64,000 bases of DNA from Candidatus Zixiibacteriota bacterium (GCA_035380245.1 DAOSXA010000001.1:145925-209924); one strand, 5' to 3'. Counted from the first letter of the stretch, positions 36,662 to 46,398 are shown. Numbers and translations: made by a program. Notes: generated by a model from the sequence alone, not told the origin.

Positions 36662-37420
36662 CTACAGCAATCCTTTCTGGCGCAGTTCTACTTGTTTATG
36701 GAAGATGAAACTGACCAATCGATTCTGAGCCACGCGGCCAAAATGCCTGACCGATGTCGGTAATTGCTCCAGTTCGTGACTCTCAAAGAATTTTCTGAGA
36801 TTGTCGGAGGTAATGAACTCAACGCCAACCATGCGCTGGCGTTCATCCAGAGCTTCACGGCGGCAGACAGCAACCACCGTTTCGGGAAGCTCGATACCCG
36901 GGAAAAAAGCAAATTTCAGCAACAGACGATCATCCACACGCGGTTCATCATTGATATGGATCAGGGCGCCGCCGCCGCTGAGATCAACGGTGGTAGAATC
37001 ATGCCAGGTGAGTGACTCCTCGAACGATTCGTAATCCATAACCGGTTTAATGAGTGCCCAGGACAGCTTCTCCGTGACCTCGATACGAGCGAACTGGCGG
37101 CGTTGTACGCGCTTAACGTTGCTCGGCGGAGTGAGGATATAAGCTTCACCGTTGGCGCGAATGAGTTTCTTGACAACCGACTGACATTGATAAACGGCAT
37201 CTTCACGAGTTATCAGAATCGAAACCGCGGCGTTGCTGCGGAGGAGGGTATTTCCTCGCACATACTCCGGCGCGTCAACCAGGATACCGGAGTTGACGAA
37301 ATCCTCGACGCGGGCGGTATAAATGCCCGCCTCACTACCCTCACCGATAACGATTTCGATCCGTTCCCAGATTTTAAGCGGTTTTGAAAGTCTGGGCAGC
37401 GGTAGTTCCGCAACAGCCAT
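36662..37420 (-). CDS. YcgR-like (PilZN + PilZ) protein, paralog
   Basis: 252 aa with RRQFARIEV and DLSGGGALI motifs. Confidence 0.72.
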   Translation of the reverse strand: MAVAELPLPRLSKPLKIWERIEIVIGEGSEAGIYTARVEDFVNSGILVDAPEYVRGNTLLRSNAAVSILITREDAVYQCQSVVKKLIRANGEAYILTPPSNVKRVQRRQFARIEVTEKLSWALIKPVMDYESFEESLTWHDSTTVDLSGGGALIHINDEPRVDDRLLLKFAFFPGIELPETVVAVCRREALDERQRMVGVEFITSDNLRKFFESHELEQLPTSVRHFGRVAQNRLVSFIFHKQVELRQKGLL

Positions 37421-37431
37421 GTTATCCTATC

Positions 37432-38616
37432 CTAAGCCGTTTTAAGTGCTTCCATGTTGGCCCGACCCTGCTCTATTGCCAGTTCGAGAATCTTACGAGC
37501 AAGCGCGGTTCGGGAGCGGTCGTTCCGATTGCGATAAATGAAATCCTGGCCGTACTTGATGGTGCTGTTGAAGTACTGACGAGCACCGTCGTAGTCCCCC
37601 ACGCGACGTGAAAGTTCCGCGATCAAGTACGAAGCCTGTAGCTGCTGATAACCGGGCGAGATATCGCGGCCATCGGAGAAAGCAGCCTGATAATAACTGA
37701 CGGCCTTTTCCAAAGCGGTACGTTCGTTGATAGTCACACCGTCCCAGGTCAGGCGGACTTCCTTGAGATAATCCGTAAAGGAATTGCGCCCGGCAAAGCC
37801 CACGCCGGTGACTCCATCCTGTTCGTCCAGCACCGTCCCCTTGTATTCATTGAGAGCCTGCCCCAGTTGATTCAACTGTGCTTCCATATCACCGAATGCC
37901 TGGCGGCAACCGTTGACACCGGACGCGATCGACTCCTGGAACGGTACCATCTGAGCTTTAATTTCCGAGGGTATCTCGGCATTATCGAACTGCGCCTGCC
38001 AGTGCCGCTCGAAAGCTCGCATCTCTTTGGCGAACGATTCCAGAGCGGAATCCATACCGGCGAAGCGGTTGTCAATGTCAGAGGTCAGATTACCGAGAGC
38101 ATTGGTAGCAGGATTACCGAGACGGTTCATCGCACGGAACACCCAGCCAATGCGAAGATAGAAACGACCGAGGTCGAGGTTCGACGGGTGATCGGCAAGC
38201 AGTTCATCGTAAACAGCCAAATGCAGTTTCAGGATGGCTGACTCGTTGGGAAAACGTTGGGTGTCGATCGCCTCACCCATCAGCTTCAGAACCGAACCAG
38301 CCTGTGCCAGTTGATCGAGGTGCTGAGGTTTGATGCTCTTCAAGCGGTACGTGATAAAATTGGTATCTTTCTTCCACTCCTTGAAGCTGTTGTTGAACTC
38401 GCGAGTGTAGAAGCAGTTACTGCACGTAGCGGTGAAATAGAGCAGTGGATTGTGGTTCTGATAGCGTTTGAAGCGCCATTCGATGTCGGTTGGGCAGAAA
38501 TCGGTATCTCTCCCCTGCTCGGTATAAGCCCCGACCCGAACCGTCTGTAGTTCGTTGATCGTTTTGCAGATCGGGCATTCGATCCGCGAGATGAAAAATG
38601 GGCTGTCTGTTGCCAT
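37432..38616 (-). CDS. DUF2225-like zinc-ribbon/TPR protein
   Basis: 394 aa. N-terminal CPICKT...NPLLYFTATCSNCFYT split zinc-ribbon pattern, with a TPR-like C-terminus (YYQAAF..., ARQYFNSTIKYG). Confidence 0.6.
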   Translation of the reverse strand: MATDSPFFISRIECPICKTINELQTVRVGAYTEQGRDTDFCPTDIEWRFKRYQNHNPLLYFTATCSNCFYTREFNNSFKEWKKDTNFITYRLKSIKPQHLDQLAQAGSVLKLMGEAIDTQRFPNESAILKLHLAVYDELLADHPSNLDLGRFYLRIGWVFRAMNRLGNPATNALGNLTSDIDNRFAGMDSALESFAKEMRAFERHWQAQFDNAEIPSEIKAQMVPFQESIASGVNGCRQAFGDMEAQLNQLGQALNEYKGTVLDEQDGVTGVGFAGRNSFTDYLKEVRLTWDGVTINERTALEKAVSYYQAAFSDGRDISPGYQQLQASYLIAELSRRVGDYDGARQYFNSTIKYGQDFIYRNRNDRSRTALARKILELAIEQGRANMEALKTA

Positions 38617-38635
38617 GTTTATCTCCAGAGAATAA

Positions 38636-39049
38636 TTAATTAGCCTTTAAAGTGAGCAGTTGCAGCTCCGTCTCTGAGATTGGGAGCACGCGCTGAATTT
38701 TCTCAGCGGAAGCACCGGCCTTAAGCATCTCCCGGGCGATACGATGGATATCGTTACGGTCGGTGCGGGCCATACGCGTTGTCGGAACAACGGCAGGCCT
38801 GGTCGGTGTCGGCGCCGTTTCGGGAGCTTTCGGATTCGAGAGATTCACGAAACTCCCGGTCTGCTCGGTCGGTTTCGGCGGCATCACACCAGGTGCAGCA
38901 GCGGCCAAAGTCGGCGATGCCGCAGCTTCAGCAGTTTCGGTGCGACGGTTGCTAAAAGCGCTGTAAACGATTAACGACAGCGCTCCGGCCGCCAGATAGC
39001 CCGCGATGTTAAGGGCCATGTCCAGTATGATGTTGCTTGAAAGTTCCAT
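38636..39049 (-). CDS. Membrane-anchored hypothetical protein with C-terminal HTH-like segment
   Basis: 137 aa. N-terminal TM segment, Pro/Ala-rich linker, and C-terminal IHRIAREMLKAGASAEKIQRVLPISETELQLL. Resembles small proteins found after fliA in some flagellar loci, but this is uncertain. Confidence 0.4.
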   Translation of the reverse strand: MELSSNIILDMALNIAGYLAAGALSLIVYSAFSNRRTETAEAAASPTLAAAAPGVMPPKPTEQTGSFVNLSNPKAPETAPTPTRPAVVPTTRMARTDRNDIHRIAREMLKAGASAEKIQRVLPISETELQLLTLKAN

Positions 39050-39068
39050 TTTCAGCTTCCTGTCTTGT

Positions 39069-39386
39069 TTATGCTTCCAGATCTATGCGGTCACCCGCCT
39101 GGGGAGCCGGCTCTTCCGATGTCCGGTCATCCGTTTCATTTTCAATCGTCTCTTCGTTCGGTTCTTCCTGTGGCTCGTCCGGTTGTGCTTCCGTGTTCTC
39201 CTGATCGGTGGCTTCTTCGCTTATGATCAGTTCATCCTCGCGTCGTTTCTTCTTTTTGAGTTCTTCCTTCAACTCCTTCAAGAAGCGCCGCTCGTTCTCA
39301 TCCCGCTTGGAGCGCACCAACGGGTTGACTTTCTCGTCGGGGGGCGTTCCGAACAACGGTTCGGTTCGTTCAATTTCCTGTGCCAT
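39069..39386 (-). CDS. Highly charged/acidic hypothetical protein
   Basis: 105 aa, K/E-rich then D/E-rich, immediately downstream of fliA. No FlgM-like C-terminus recognised. Confidence 0.4.
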   Translation of the reverse strand: MAQEIERTEPLFGTPPDEKVNPLVRSKRDENERRFLKELKEELKKKKRREDELIISEEATDQENTEAQPDEPQEEPNEETIENETDDRTSEEPAPQAGDRIDLEA

Positions 39387-39419
39387 GGCACTCCCTTTCC
39401 GAGCCTTGAGCTAATCCTA

Positions 39420-40292
39420 TCAACCGGTAAGGGCAAATCTCTCTTTCACCATGCCGCGCAGTTTGGCGACAGCCCTGGTGTGAATCTGCGATACGCGTGA
39501 TTCGGAGATGTGCATCACCTCACCGATCTCCTTCAGGGTTAATTCTTCGAAATAGTACAAAGCGATAACCAGCTTCTCCTGGTCGGTCAGGCGGTCAATG
39601 GCCACCACCAGGAAAGAGCGCAGTTCGCCTTTTTCGATATCGCTCAGGATATTCCCCACCGAGCCGTCGACAATCGTTTCGATTCGGGGGACCTGGCGGT
39701 TGTCATCCTCACGGTAGACAACTTCGTCGAGCGAGAGGACATTAGTTCCGTGGACATCATCCATAGCCAGGTGAAGCTCCTGCACCGAAATGTTCATGCG
39801 GTGCGCGATTTCTGCATTTTGCGGCTTACGACCGAGTTCGTTTTCGAGACCGGTGTAGGCGCGATCGATTTCGCGCGACTTGGCACGGGTCGAGCGCGGC
39901 ACCCAGTCCAGAGCACGCAGTTCATCAAGAATGGCTCCGCGGATACGCGGTACGGCGTACGTTTCGAATTTCACACCACGAGCGGAGTCATAATTTCCAA
40001 ACGCCTCGATCAACCCGATGACGCCGGTGTTAACCAGGTCCGATAATTCCACCGACCGGGGAAAACCCATAGCCATGCGCGAGGCAACATTGCGAACCAG
40101 CGGCAGGTATTTTTCGAGTAGTTGCTGGCGCATTTCCTCGGAACGGCATTTCTGATAGCGGGACCAATCCCGTTCAGTGACTTCCCACTTGCGAGATTTC
40201 CTGGCCCTGGCGGTCACAGCCGTTTGAGCCATCTGGGTCATATCGGCATCAGCCGGGTGTTTTCTGGTCGTCGATTTTTGCATCGTAGCCAT
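39420..40292 (-). CDS. fliA: Flagellar sigma factor FliA/WhiG (sigma-28)
   Basis: 290 aa with regions 2-4 (LVNTGVIGLIEAFGNYD; TLKEIGEVMHISESRVSQIHTRAVAKLR). Located after flhG. Confidence 0.9.
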   Translation of the reverse strand: MATMQKSTTRKHPADADMTQMAQTAVTARARKSRKWEVTERDWSRYQKCRSEEMRQQLLEKYLPLVRNVASRMAMGFPRSVELSDLVNTGVIGLIEAFGNYDSARGVKFETYAVPRIRGAILDELRALDWVPRSTRAKSREIDRAYTGLENELGRKPQNAEIAHRMNISVQELHLAMDDVHGTNVLSLDEVVYREDDNRQVPRIETIVDGSVGNILSDIEKGELRSFLVVAIDRLTDQEKLVIALYYFEELTLKEIGEVMHISESRVSQIHTRAVAKLRGMVKERFALTG

Positions 40293-40299
40293 TTGATTG

Positions 40300-41160
40300 C
40301 TATTCCCTTGTATCGGCCTTTATCGTTAAGCCATTGATTCTTTTTCTGTTTGAAAGCCGCGTCCCGGTCGGAGTTATCCCGAAATCGGTCAGCAGCCGGG
40401 CGGCGAGTTCATCGAACGCATATAGCGCATCGCTGGGCTGATCCAGCCCTGCCAGGGTGGTCTGACCGGCTACGCTCCGGCGTACTGATTCATCCTCCGG
40501 CAAAAAGCCCACGGTTTGCGGGGAAACGCCGAGGAACCGCTCGGAAAGCGCTGAGAACTTGCGGATGATATATTCAGCCTCTTCGACCCCTTCGGTCCGA
40601 TTGACCAACAGGCGGCAGTCAAGGCGGGGATTGCTGCGTTTGAGAAACTTGAACAGACCGTAACAATCGCTGATAGAGGAAAGCTCCGGTACCAGCAGCA
40701 ACAGGTTCAAATCTGAAGTATGGGCGGCCATAATGGCGGTTTGAGTAACACCGGAAGAATGGTCGACCAGGATGAAATCGTAATCAACAGCCTGTTTGAG
40801 CAGGTTGCGTATCAGGCGACGGGAAGCGGTTTCATCTTCAGGATCCAGATTTTCACTGTTGCGGAATCCTCCCAATAAGTCCCAACCCGGCTTGATTCGG
40901 TATACCGCTTCTTTAAGGCTCAGGCTTCGATCGGCGAACTCGCCCAAACCGAAATCGCAGGTTGCCTTGGCGAGAACATGCAGATTGCCGCTGTAAAGGT
41001 CACCGTCGACCATCAGGACGCGGAGCCCCCGAGCAGCCAGCCGGTCAGCCAGATTGAACGTTACAACAGTCTTGCCTACGCCGTTCTTACCGGACAGAAT
41101 GGAAATCACCACGGCAGCACGGCCATGTTCCGGGGCGCGGGTGAAAGTCTGCTTAAACAA
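40300..41160 (-). CDS. flhG: MinD/ParA-family ATPase FlhG (FleN/YlxH)
   Basis: 286 aa. Walker A is ILSGKNGVGKT (KNG instead of the usual KGG). Also VDGDL and FILVD. Located between flhF and fliA. Confidence 0.8.
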   Translation of the reverse strand: MFKQTFTRAPEHGRAAVVISILSGKNGVGKTVVTFNLADRLAARGLRVLMVDGDLYSGNLHVLAKATCDFGLGEFADRSLSLKEAVYRIKPGWDLLGGFRNSENLDPEDETASRRLIRNLLKQAVDYDFILVDHSSGVTQTAIMAAHTSDLNLLLLVPELSSISDCYGLFKFLKRSNPRLDCRLLVNRTEGVEEAEYIIRKFSALSERFLGVSPQTVGFLPEDESVRRSVAGQTTLAGLDQPSDALYAFDELAARLLTDFGITPTGTRLSNRKRINGLTIKADTRE

Positions 41161-42355
41161 GGAACGCCTCCACCTGCAACAGGTTACGAATCATCCGATC
41201 CGGATCGGGCGTCTTGATCTCGCCGATACCGGAAGGAGATTCGGTAATGAAACCGATCGGACATCCGGAGGCTTCGGCCGCAGCAATAGCGGTACCGCAG
41301 AGATCGGTCAGATCAAGCATCGTAACAACGACATTGGTAGGCTCAAAAACGGCGGCATTACGAGCCAGATGCGGGATATCACTCGACCGGGTAAGGGCGG
41401 AATAAACCGCCAGCACGTGCGTCGGATCGAGCGAGCGAGCCTGTTCCACCAAACGTTCCAGTCGATCAGGATCGCCCGGCAACGCAGGAGAATCGATCAG
41501 GGTGATGCTGTCCGGATTGAGATAGAGGTCTTTATCCTGAGACTGGACATCGACTACATCGGCGCCGAGGATACGACCGTATCCGGCGATCTCGTCGAAG
41601 GCAGCCATTTTAACCGTATCGAGGGTAATCAAACTGACCGGCAGCTTCTGCAGCATGATCAATTGAGCGGCCAGTTTGGCTACGACGCTGGACTTGCCGG
41701 CGCCGGCAGGCCCGACGAACAGAACGCGATCACCGGGCGCAAACGGCATTGACGGAGCCATCAGGCAGGCGGTCTCTTCTACCAGTATGGAGCGCGTCAC
41801 CGCCGTCAGGTCATCGCCGATTTTAGCTGAGCGATTGGCCTTTTCAATCAAGCGCTGAATAAATGGTTTCGGGAAATCGGCGTCGCGCAGGGTTTGTTCA
41901 ATGACATAAAAACCATCACGACGCTCGCGTTCGATACGCTGTTCGACCGATGTTTTATCAATCCCGGCAATCCGATTGTTTGTCTTGTTCTCGCGGGGCG
42001 TTTCAGCATATTCATCTTCCGGTACAACGTCGGTATCTTCTTCATCCATCACGGCCGTGGCCGTCGCGGCGGACCCAGCTTGCTCAGCCAGTTCCAAAGC
42101 TGCCGCCAGGGCATCAGGACGGTTATCATCGAATACGCTGTCGATCACCGTCCCCACCGGTGAGGTCAAAAGCAGAGTTGACTGCTCGACTGTGGGATTT
42201 TCCAGGCAGGCGGTTATTTCAACCGACAGACGACCGCCGCTGCCGGTAATTTGCCGTGTCTTCAGCACGATCGCCTCACCGCCCATTTGTTCGCGCACCC
42301 GCTTGAGAGCGGCGCTCGAAGAACGTTCTACGAAAGACTTAATGATCATCGTCAA
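41153..42355 (-). CDS. flhF: Flagellar biosynthesis SRP-type GTPase FlhF (G2-G4 motifs atypical)
   Basis: 400 aa with the N-terminal FlhF signature IKSFVERSSSAALKRVREQMGGEAIVL and P-loop GPAGAGKS. G2 is DTVK, G3 is DSPA and G4 is TMLD. Confidence 0.8.
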   Translation of the reverse strand: MTMIIKSFVERSSSAALKRVREQMGGEAIVLKTRQITGSGGRLSVEITACLENPTVEQSTLLLTSPVGTVIDSVFDDNRPDALAAALELAEQAGSAATATAVMDEEDTDVVPEDEYAETPRENKTNNRIAGIDKTSVEQRIERERRDGFYVIEQTLRDADFPKPFIQRLIEKANRSAKIGDDLTAVTRSILVEETACLMAPSMPFAPGDRVLFVGPAGAGKSSVVAKLAAQLIMLQKLPVSLITLDTVKMAAFDEIAGYGRILGADVVDVQSQDKDLYLNPDSITLIDSPALPGDPDRLERLVEQARSLDPTHVLAVYSALTRSSDIPHLARNAAVFEPTNVVVTMLDLTDLCGTAIAAAEASGCPIGFITESPSGIGEIKTPDPDRMIRNLLQVEAFLV

Positions 42356-44429
42356 ACCTCACGACTCCGGTGGAGATCAATTCGACATCCGGCATGATTT
42401 CGTTGTAGGAGACCACGGCCAGACTGGATACCCGGGCTTCAACCAGGCGGCGCAACGCCAGCCTGACGTTCGGCGAGGTAATGCAAATCGGGGTATGACC
42501 TTCGGTTTGCATTTTCTCCGTCTGCTTCTCGATTTTGCCCAGCAGGCGATCGGTCAGCGACGGGTCCATGACCAGCATGAGCCCCTGTTTGGTATTCTGG
42601 ACCGATTCGGAGAGTTTCTGCTCGACGGCCGGGTCTATGGTGAAGACATGGATGCGATTGTTTTTATCGCGGTACATGTCGGTTATTTGGCGACGCAGAT
42701 TCATGCGGACGTACTCGGCGAGGACATCAGGCTCCTTAGTCGCGCCGATGTAATCGGAAACCGTCTCGATTATGGATCCGAGATCGCGGATAGAAACACG
42801 TTCACTCAATAGCGACTGGAGAACTTTCTGGAGGTTGCCGAGCGAAACGACGTCGGGAATGGTCGAATCGACCAGGGCCGGAGAATCCTGCTTGAGATTA
42901 TCAACCAGGCGCTGGACATCCTGACGGCTCATGATTTCCGGCGCAGCGGTACGAATGATTTCGGTCAGATGAGTCGCCAGTACGGCTGTCGGTTCCACCA
43001 CGGTGTAATTCTTGGCCTCGGCGATTTCCTTGAGATTCGGAATGATCCAGGTTGCCTTGAGCTTGAAAGCCGGTTCGACGGCACTGAAGCCCTCGATCTT
43101 GTCGTCGACAAAACCGGGATTAATAGCCAGGAGGTGATCAATCATCAGTTCGTACTTGTCAACGGTAACTCCCTTGACCTTGATGCGATACTCATTCGGC
43201 TTAAGTTGAACATTATCACGGATACGCACCGGCGGCACGATGATGCCGAGTTCTGAAGCCAACTGTTTACGGATCGCCCCCACGCGCTTGAGCAGATCGC
43301 CTCCCTGTTTGGCGTCGACCAGCGGGATTAAACCATAGCCAATTTCCAGACTGAGAGTGTCGACTTTGAGGAGATCCTCGGCACGCGGTTCCGGCGGGGT
43401 TGCATTCTGCTGAGCCTGCTGACTTTCACGAACCCGTTCCACCCGCTGCTGTTTCTTCTGAGCCTGATTAGTGAAATAACCGGCCACTCCGGCAAGAGCA
43501 CCCAGCAATACGAAGGTCATGGTGGGCATGCCGGGAACAAAACCGAAAACCACCAGAACTCCGGCAGCCACCATGATGGCACGAGGTTGGCGGGTCAACT
43601 GACCTGACATATCCTTGCCCATGTTGCCGGAGGCCGCCGAGCGAGTGACGATGATACCGGACGCGGTTGAAATCAGCAGAGCCGGGATCTGTGTAACGAG
43701 ACCGTCACCAATCGACAGCAACGAATAGGTCCGGAGAGCTTCCGGCAACGTCATGCCGGATTGAACGATACCGATGATAAAACCACCGATGATGTTGATA
43801 ACGGTGATCAGAATACCGGCGATGGCATCACCCCGGACGAACTTGGAAGCACCGTCCATAGCACCGTAGAAATCGGCCTCACGCGCTATATCCTCGCGGC
43901 GACGGCGGGCTTCCTGCTCGGTGATAATGCCGGCATTGAGATCGGCATCGATAGCCATCTGCTTGCCGGGCATGGCATCCAAAGTGAAACGAGCGGCCAC
44001 TTCCGAGATACGAGTGGCGCCCTTGGTAATTACAACGAACTGGATAATGACCAGGATGACAAAGACAATGAAACCTACGACATAGTTACCCTGGACCACG
44101 AAATTACCGAAGGAGTTGATCACGTCACCGGCGAACGCCTGTCCGAGGATCAGGCGGGTCGAGGCAACGTTGAGGGAGAGCCGCATCAGGGTGACAATCA
44201 GAAGCATGCCGGGGAACACCGACAAATCCAGCGGCCGGGTGATATAGAGTGTGGTCAGCAACACCACCAGTGAAAAGGTGATGTTGAAGGCTAAGGCGAA
44301 ATCCAGCATTACGGTCGGGATCGGAATGATCAGGACGCCGATGATGGCAACCACACCCATAGCCAGCACGATATCCGACCGGTTGTTCAGGATTTGCATA
44401 ACTGATTGTTGTCCGGGTTGCTCAGCCAT
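42339..44429 (-). CDS. flhA: Flagellar type III export apparatus protein FlhA
   Basis: 696 aa with an 8-TM N-domain (FVRGDAIAGILIT) and a conserved cytoplasmic domain. Confidence 0.97.
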   Translation of the reverse strand: MAEQPGQQSVMQILNNRSDIVLAMGVVAIIGVLIIPIPTVMLDFALAFNITFSLVVLLTTLYITRPLDLSVFPGMLLIVTLMRLSLNVASTRLILGQAFAGDVINSFGNFVVQGNYVVGFIVFVILVIIQFVVITKGATRISEVAARFTLDAMPGKQMAIDADLNAGIITEQEARRRREDIAREADFYGAMDGASKFVRGDAIAGILITVINIIGGFIIGIVQSGMTLPEALRTYSLLSIGDGLVTQIPALLISTASGIIVTRSAASGNMGKDMSGQLTRQPRAIMVAAGVLVVFGFVPGMPTMTFVLLGALAGVAGYFTNQAQKKQQRVERVRESQQAQQNATPPEPRAEDLLKVDTLSLEIGYGLIPLVDAKQGGDLLKRVGAIRKQLASELGIIVPPVRIRDNVQLKPNEYRIKVKGVTVDKYELMIDHLLAINPGFVDDKIEGFSAVEPAFKLKATWIIPNLKEIAEAKNYTVVEPTAVLATHLTEIIRTAAPEIMSRQDVQRLVDNLKQDSPALVDSTIPDVVSLGNLQKVLQSLLSERVSIRDLGSIIETVSDYIGATKEPDVLAEYVRMNLRRQITDMYRDKNNRIHVFTIDPAVEQKLSESVQNTKQGLMLVMDPSLTDRLLGKIEKQTEKMQTEGHTPICITSPNVRLALRRLVEARVSSLAVVSYNEIMPDVELISTGVVRFDDDH

Positions 44430-44430
44430 G

Positions 44431-45501
44431 TTACCTGACTACCTTCTTTTTGAGGCGATAGACATAAGCCAGCAACTCAGCCACAGCCTTGAACAGCTTC
44501 TCAGGCACGACCTCGCCGATCTCGCACAACTTGAACAGGGAACGAGCCAGCGGTTTATCCTCGATAACCGGGATGTTATGCTGACGAGCTATTTCCTTGA
44601 TGCGCTGAGCCACGAGGCGCGCGCCTTTGGCGACAACCATCGGGGCGGACATTTCTTCGGGATCGTATTTTAGAGCTACCGCCAGATGGGTAGGGTTGGT
44701 TACCACGACATCGGCTTGCGGCACCGTCCGCATCATGCGCTGGCGAGCCATCTGGCGTTGAATCTGACGTACACGAGACTTGAGCTGCGGGGAACCCTCA
44801 GTCTCTTTATGCTCTTCCTTCAGTTCCTGTTTGGACATCCGGATTGATTTCTCGAACTCGTATTTCTGGTAAGCGTAGTCGAGTACGGCTATCACGACCA
44901 TGATGCCGCCGACCTTGAGACCAAGCATTATGGCCAGCTTGCCCATGGCCGAAGCGAGTTGAGCCACGGTCATATCGGGAAGCAGGAAAAATGATTCAAA
45001 CTCACCATCGATCGCCTTGTAGGCCACGATGCCGACAATCGTCAGCTTGATCAGATCGCGGCCGAGTTGGACGACGGAACGAGCCGAGAATAAACGCTTG
45101 AAGCCCTTGACCAGGTCTAATTTTTCGAATTTCGGTTCGAGCGACTTGGGCGTGATGCGGAAACCGACCTGCACGACGTTCGCTACCAGCGCCACTATCA
45201 CTACCACTGTGAGAACCGGCGCCATTATGGTAAAGAAGCGAATCACGTATTGGCTGAAAACCGTGGCAAAAGTCGGGTCAGAGGCGGCGATAGTCGCCGC
45301 ATTAGCCATGGTATACCTCATGAGCATCTGAGCCTGAGCAGCCATATACGGACCGAGGGCATACAGAGTCAGGAAACCGAAAATCAACATCGCGGCGGCG
45401 TTAACCTCCTGCGATTTGAGAACACGACCTTCCTCGCGGACTTTCTGGCGCCGCCTGTTAGTCGCTTTTTCAGTTCTTTCCTGGAAACTCTCGTCGGCCA
45501 T
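44431..45501 (-). CDS. flhB: Flagellar export switch protein FlhB
   Basis: 356 aa. N-terminal EKTEKATNRRRQKVREEG and the NPTH autocleavage site (VVVTNPTHLAVAL). Confidence 0.95.
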   Translation of the reverse strand: MADESFQERTEKATNRRRQKVREEGRVLKSQEVNAAAMLIFGFLTLYALGPYMAAQAQMLMRYTMANAATIAASDPTFATVFSQYVIRFFTIMAPVLTVVVIVALVANVVQVGFRITPKSLEPKFEKLDLVKGFKRLFSARSVVQLGRDLIKLTIVGIVAYKAIDGEFESFFLLPDMTVAQLASAMGKLAIMLGLKVGGIMVVIAVLDYAYQKYEFEKSIRMSKQELKEEHKETEGSPQLKSRVRQIQRQMARQRMMRTVPQADVVVTNPTHLAVALKYDPEEMSAPMVVAKGARLVAQRIKEIARQHNIPVIEDKPLARSLFKLCEIGEVVPEKLFKAVAELLAYVYRLKKKVVR

Positions 45502-45507
45502 GTACGG

Positions 45508-46398
45508 CTACGCCTCCCCAAGAGCATGGAAAATGATGAACATCTGCCGGTCGAGATAAGCGGTCGACTGCTTCAGCACGTAGGCAAAAATCGGCAGCGA
45601 CATACCCATCACTAAGAGACCGGCAGCAATCTTGATCGGGAAACCGACAAAGAACACGTTCATGGTCGGCATCGTCTTGGCAATCGTGCCCAGGGCGACA
45701 TCGGTCAGGAACAGCGTGATCATTACCGGTGCGGCAATTTTCAATCCGATTACGAATAGATAAGCAGTGTACTTGATCACCATTTCGCCGACAGCCGCCC
45801 CCTGCCCCATGCCGCCGGGCGGGATAACCGTATAGCTGTTGGCCAAGGCCGAGACCACCAGGTGATGACCGTCAATGGTCAGAAATATCAGCACAGCCAG
45901 GAGATTCCAGAACCGACCGAGAATGGATACCTGATTGGAGAGGTTCTTGTCATAAACGGTCACGATGGCAAAACCCATCTGATAACCGGCTATGGAACCG
46001 GCCGTAAAAACGCCGATGAACAACAGCTTGAAAATCAAGCCGATGATCAAACCGATCAGGAGTTCCTTAACGGCAAGCCCGGCCAACTGCCAGACCGACC
46101 CGGCCACCGGAACAGCCTGTGTCGAGAGCGATGACATCAGAAGCATCGACAGCAGAATCAACAATCCGGCTTTGACCAATCTCGGAATCTGACGCTCGCC
46201 CAGAACCGGAGCGATGACGAACAACCCACTGGCTCTCATGATCACCAGAAGCAGTAGTTGCAGTTTATCGGACCCGTAGTTTATGAACTCAAACAAGGCT
46301 GTATCCCATACACTTGTGGTTACTCGGTCAAACTGTATTTCAAACCCTGTGCCAATCTGAAACGCACTATTATCCCGCGGTAATCCCCAATGATTCAA
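45508..46398 (-). CDS. fliR: Flagellar export protein FliR (5' end probably over-extended)
   Basis: Polytopic. FliR-like from about LQLLLLVIMRASGLFVIAPVLGERQIP onward. The first ~30 codons of the ORF look non-coding. Confidence 0.88.
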   Translation of the reverse strand: MNHWGLPRDNSAFQIGTGFEIQFDRVTTSVWDTALFEFINYGSDKLQLLLLVIMRASGLFVIAPVLGERQIPRLVKAGLLILLSMLLMSSLSTQAVPVAGSVWQLAGLAVKELLIGLIIGLIFKLLFIGVFTAGSIAGYQMGFAIVTVYDKNLSNQVSILGRFWNLLAVLIFLTIDGHHLVVSALANSYTVIPPGGMGQGAAVGEMVIKYTAYLFVIGLKIAAPVMITLFLTDVALGTIAKTMPTMNVFFVGFPIKIAAGLLVMGMSLPIFAYVLKQSTAYLDRQMFIIFHALGEA

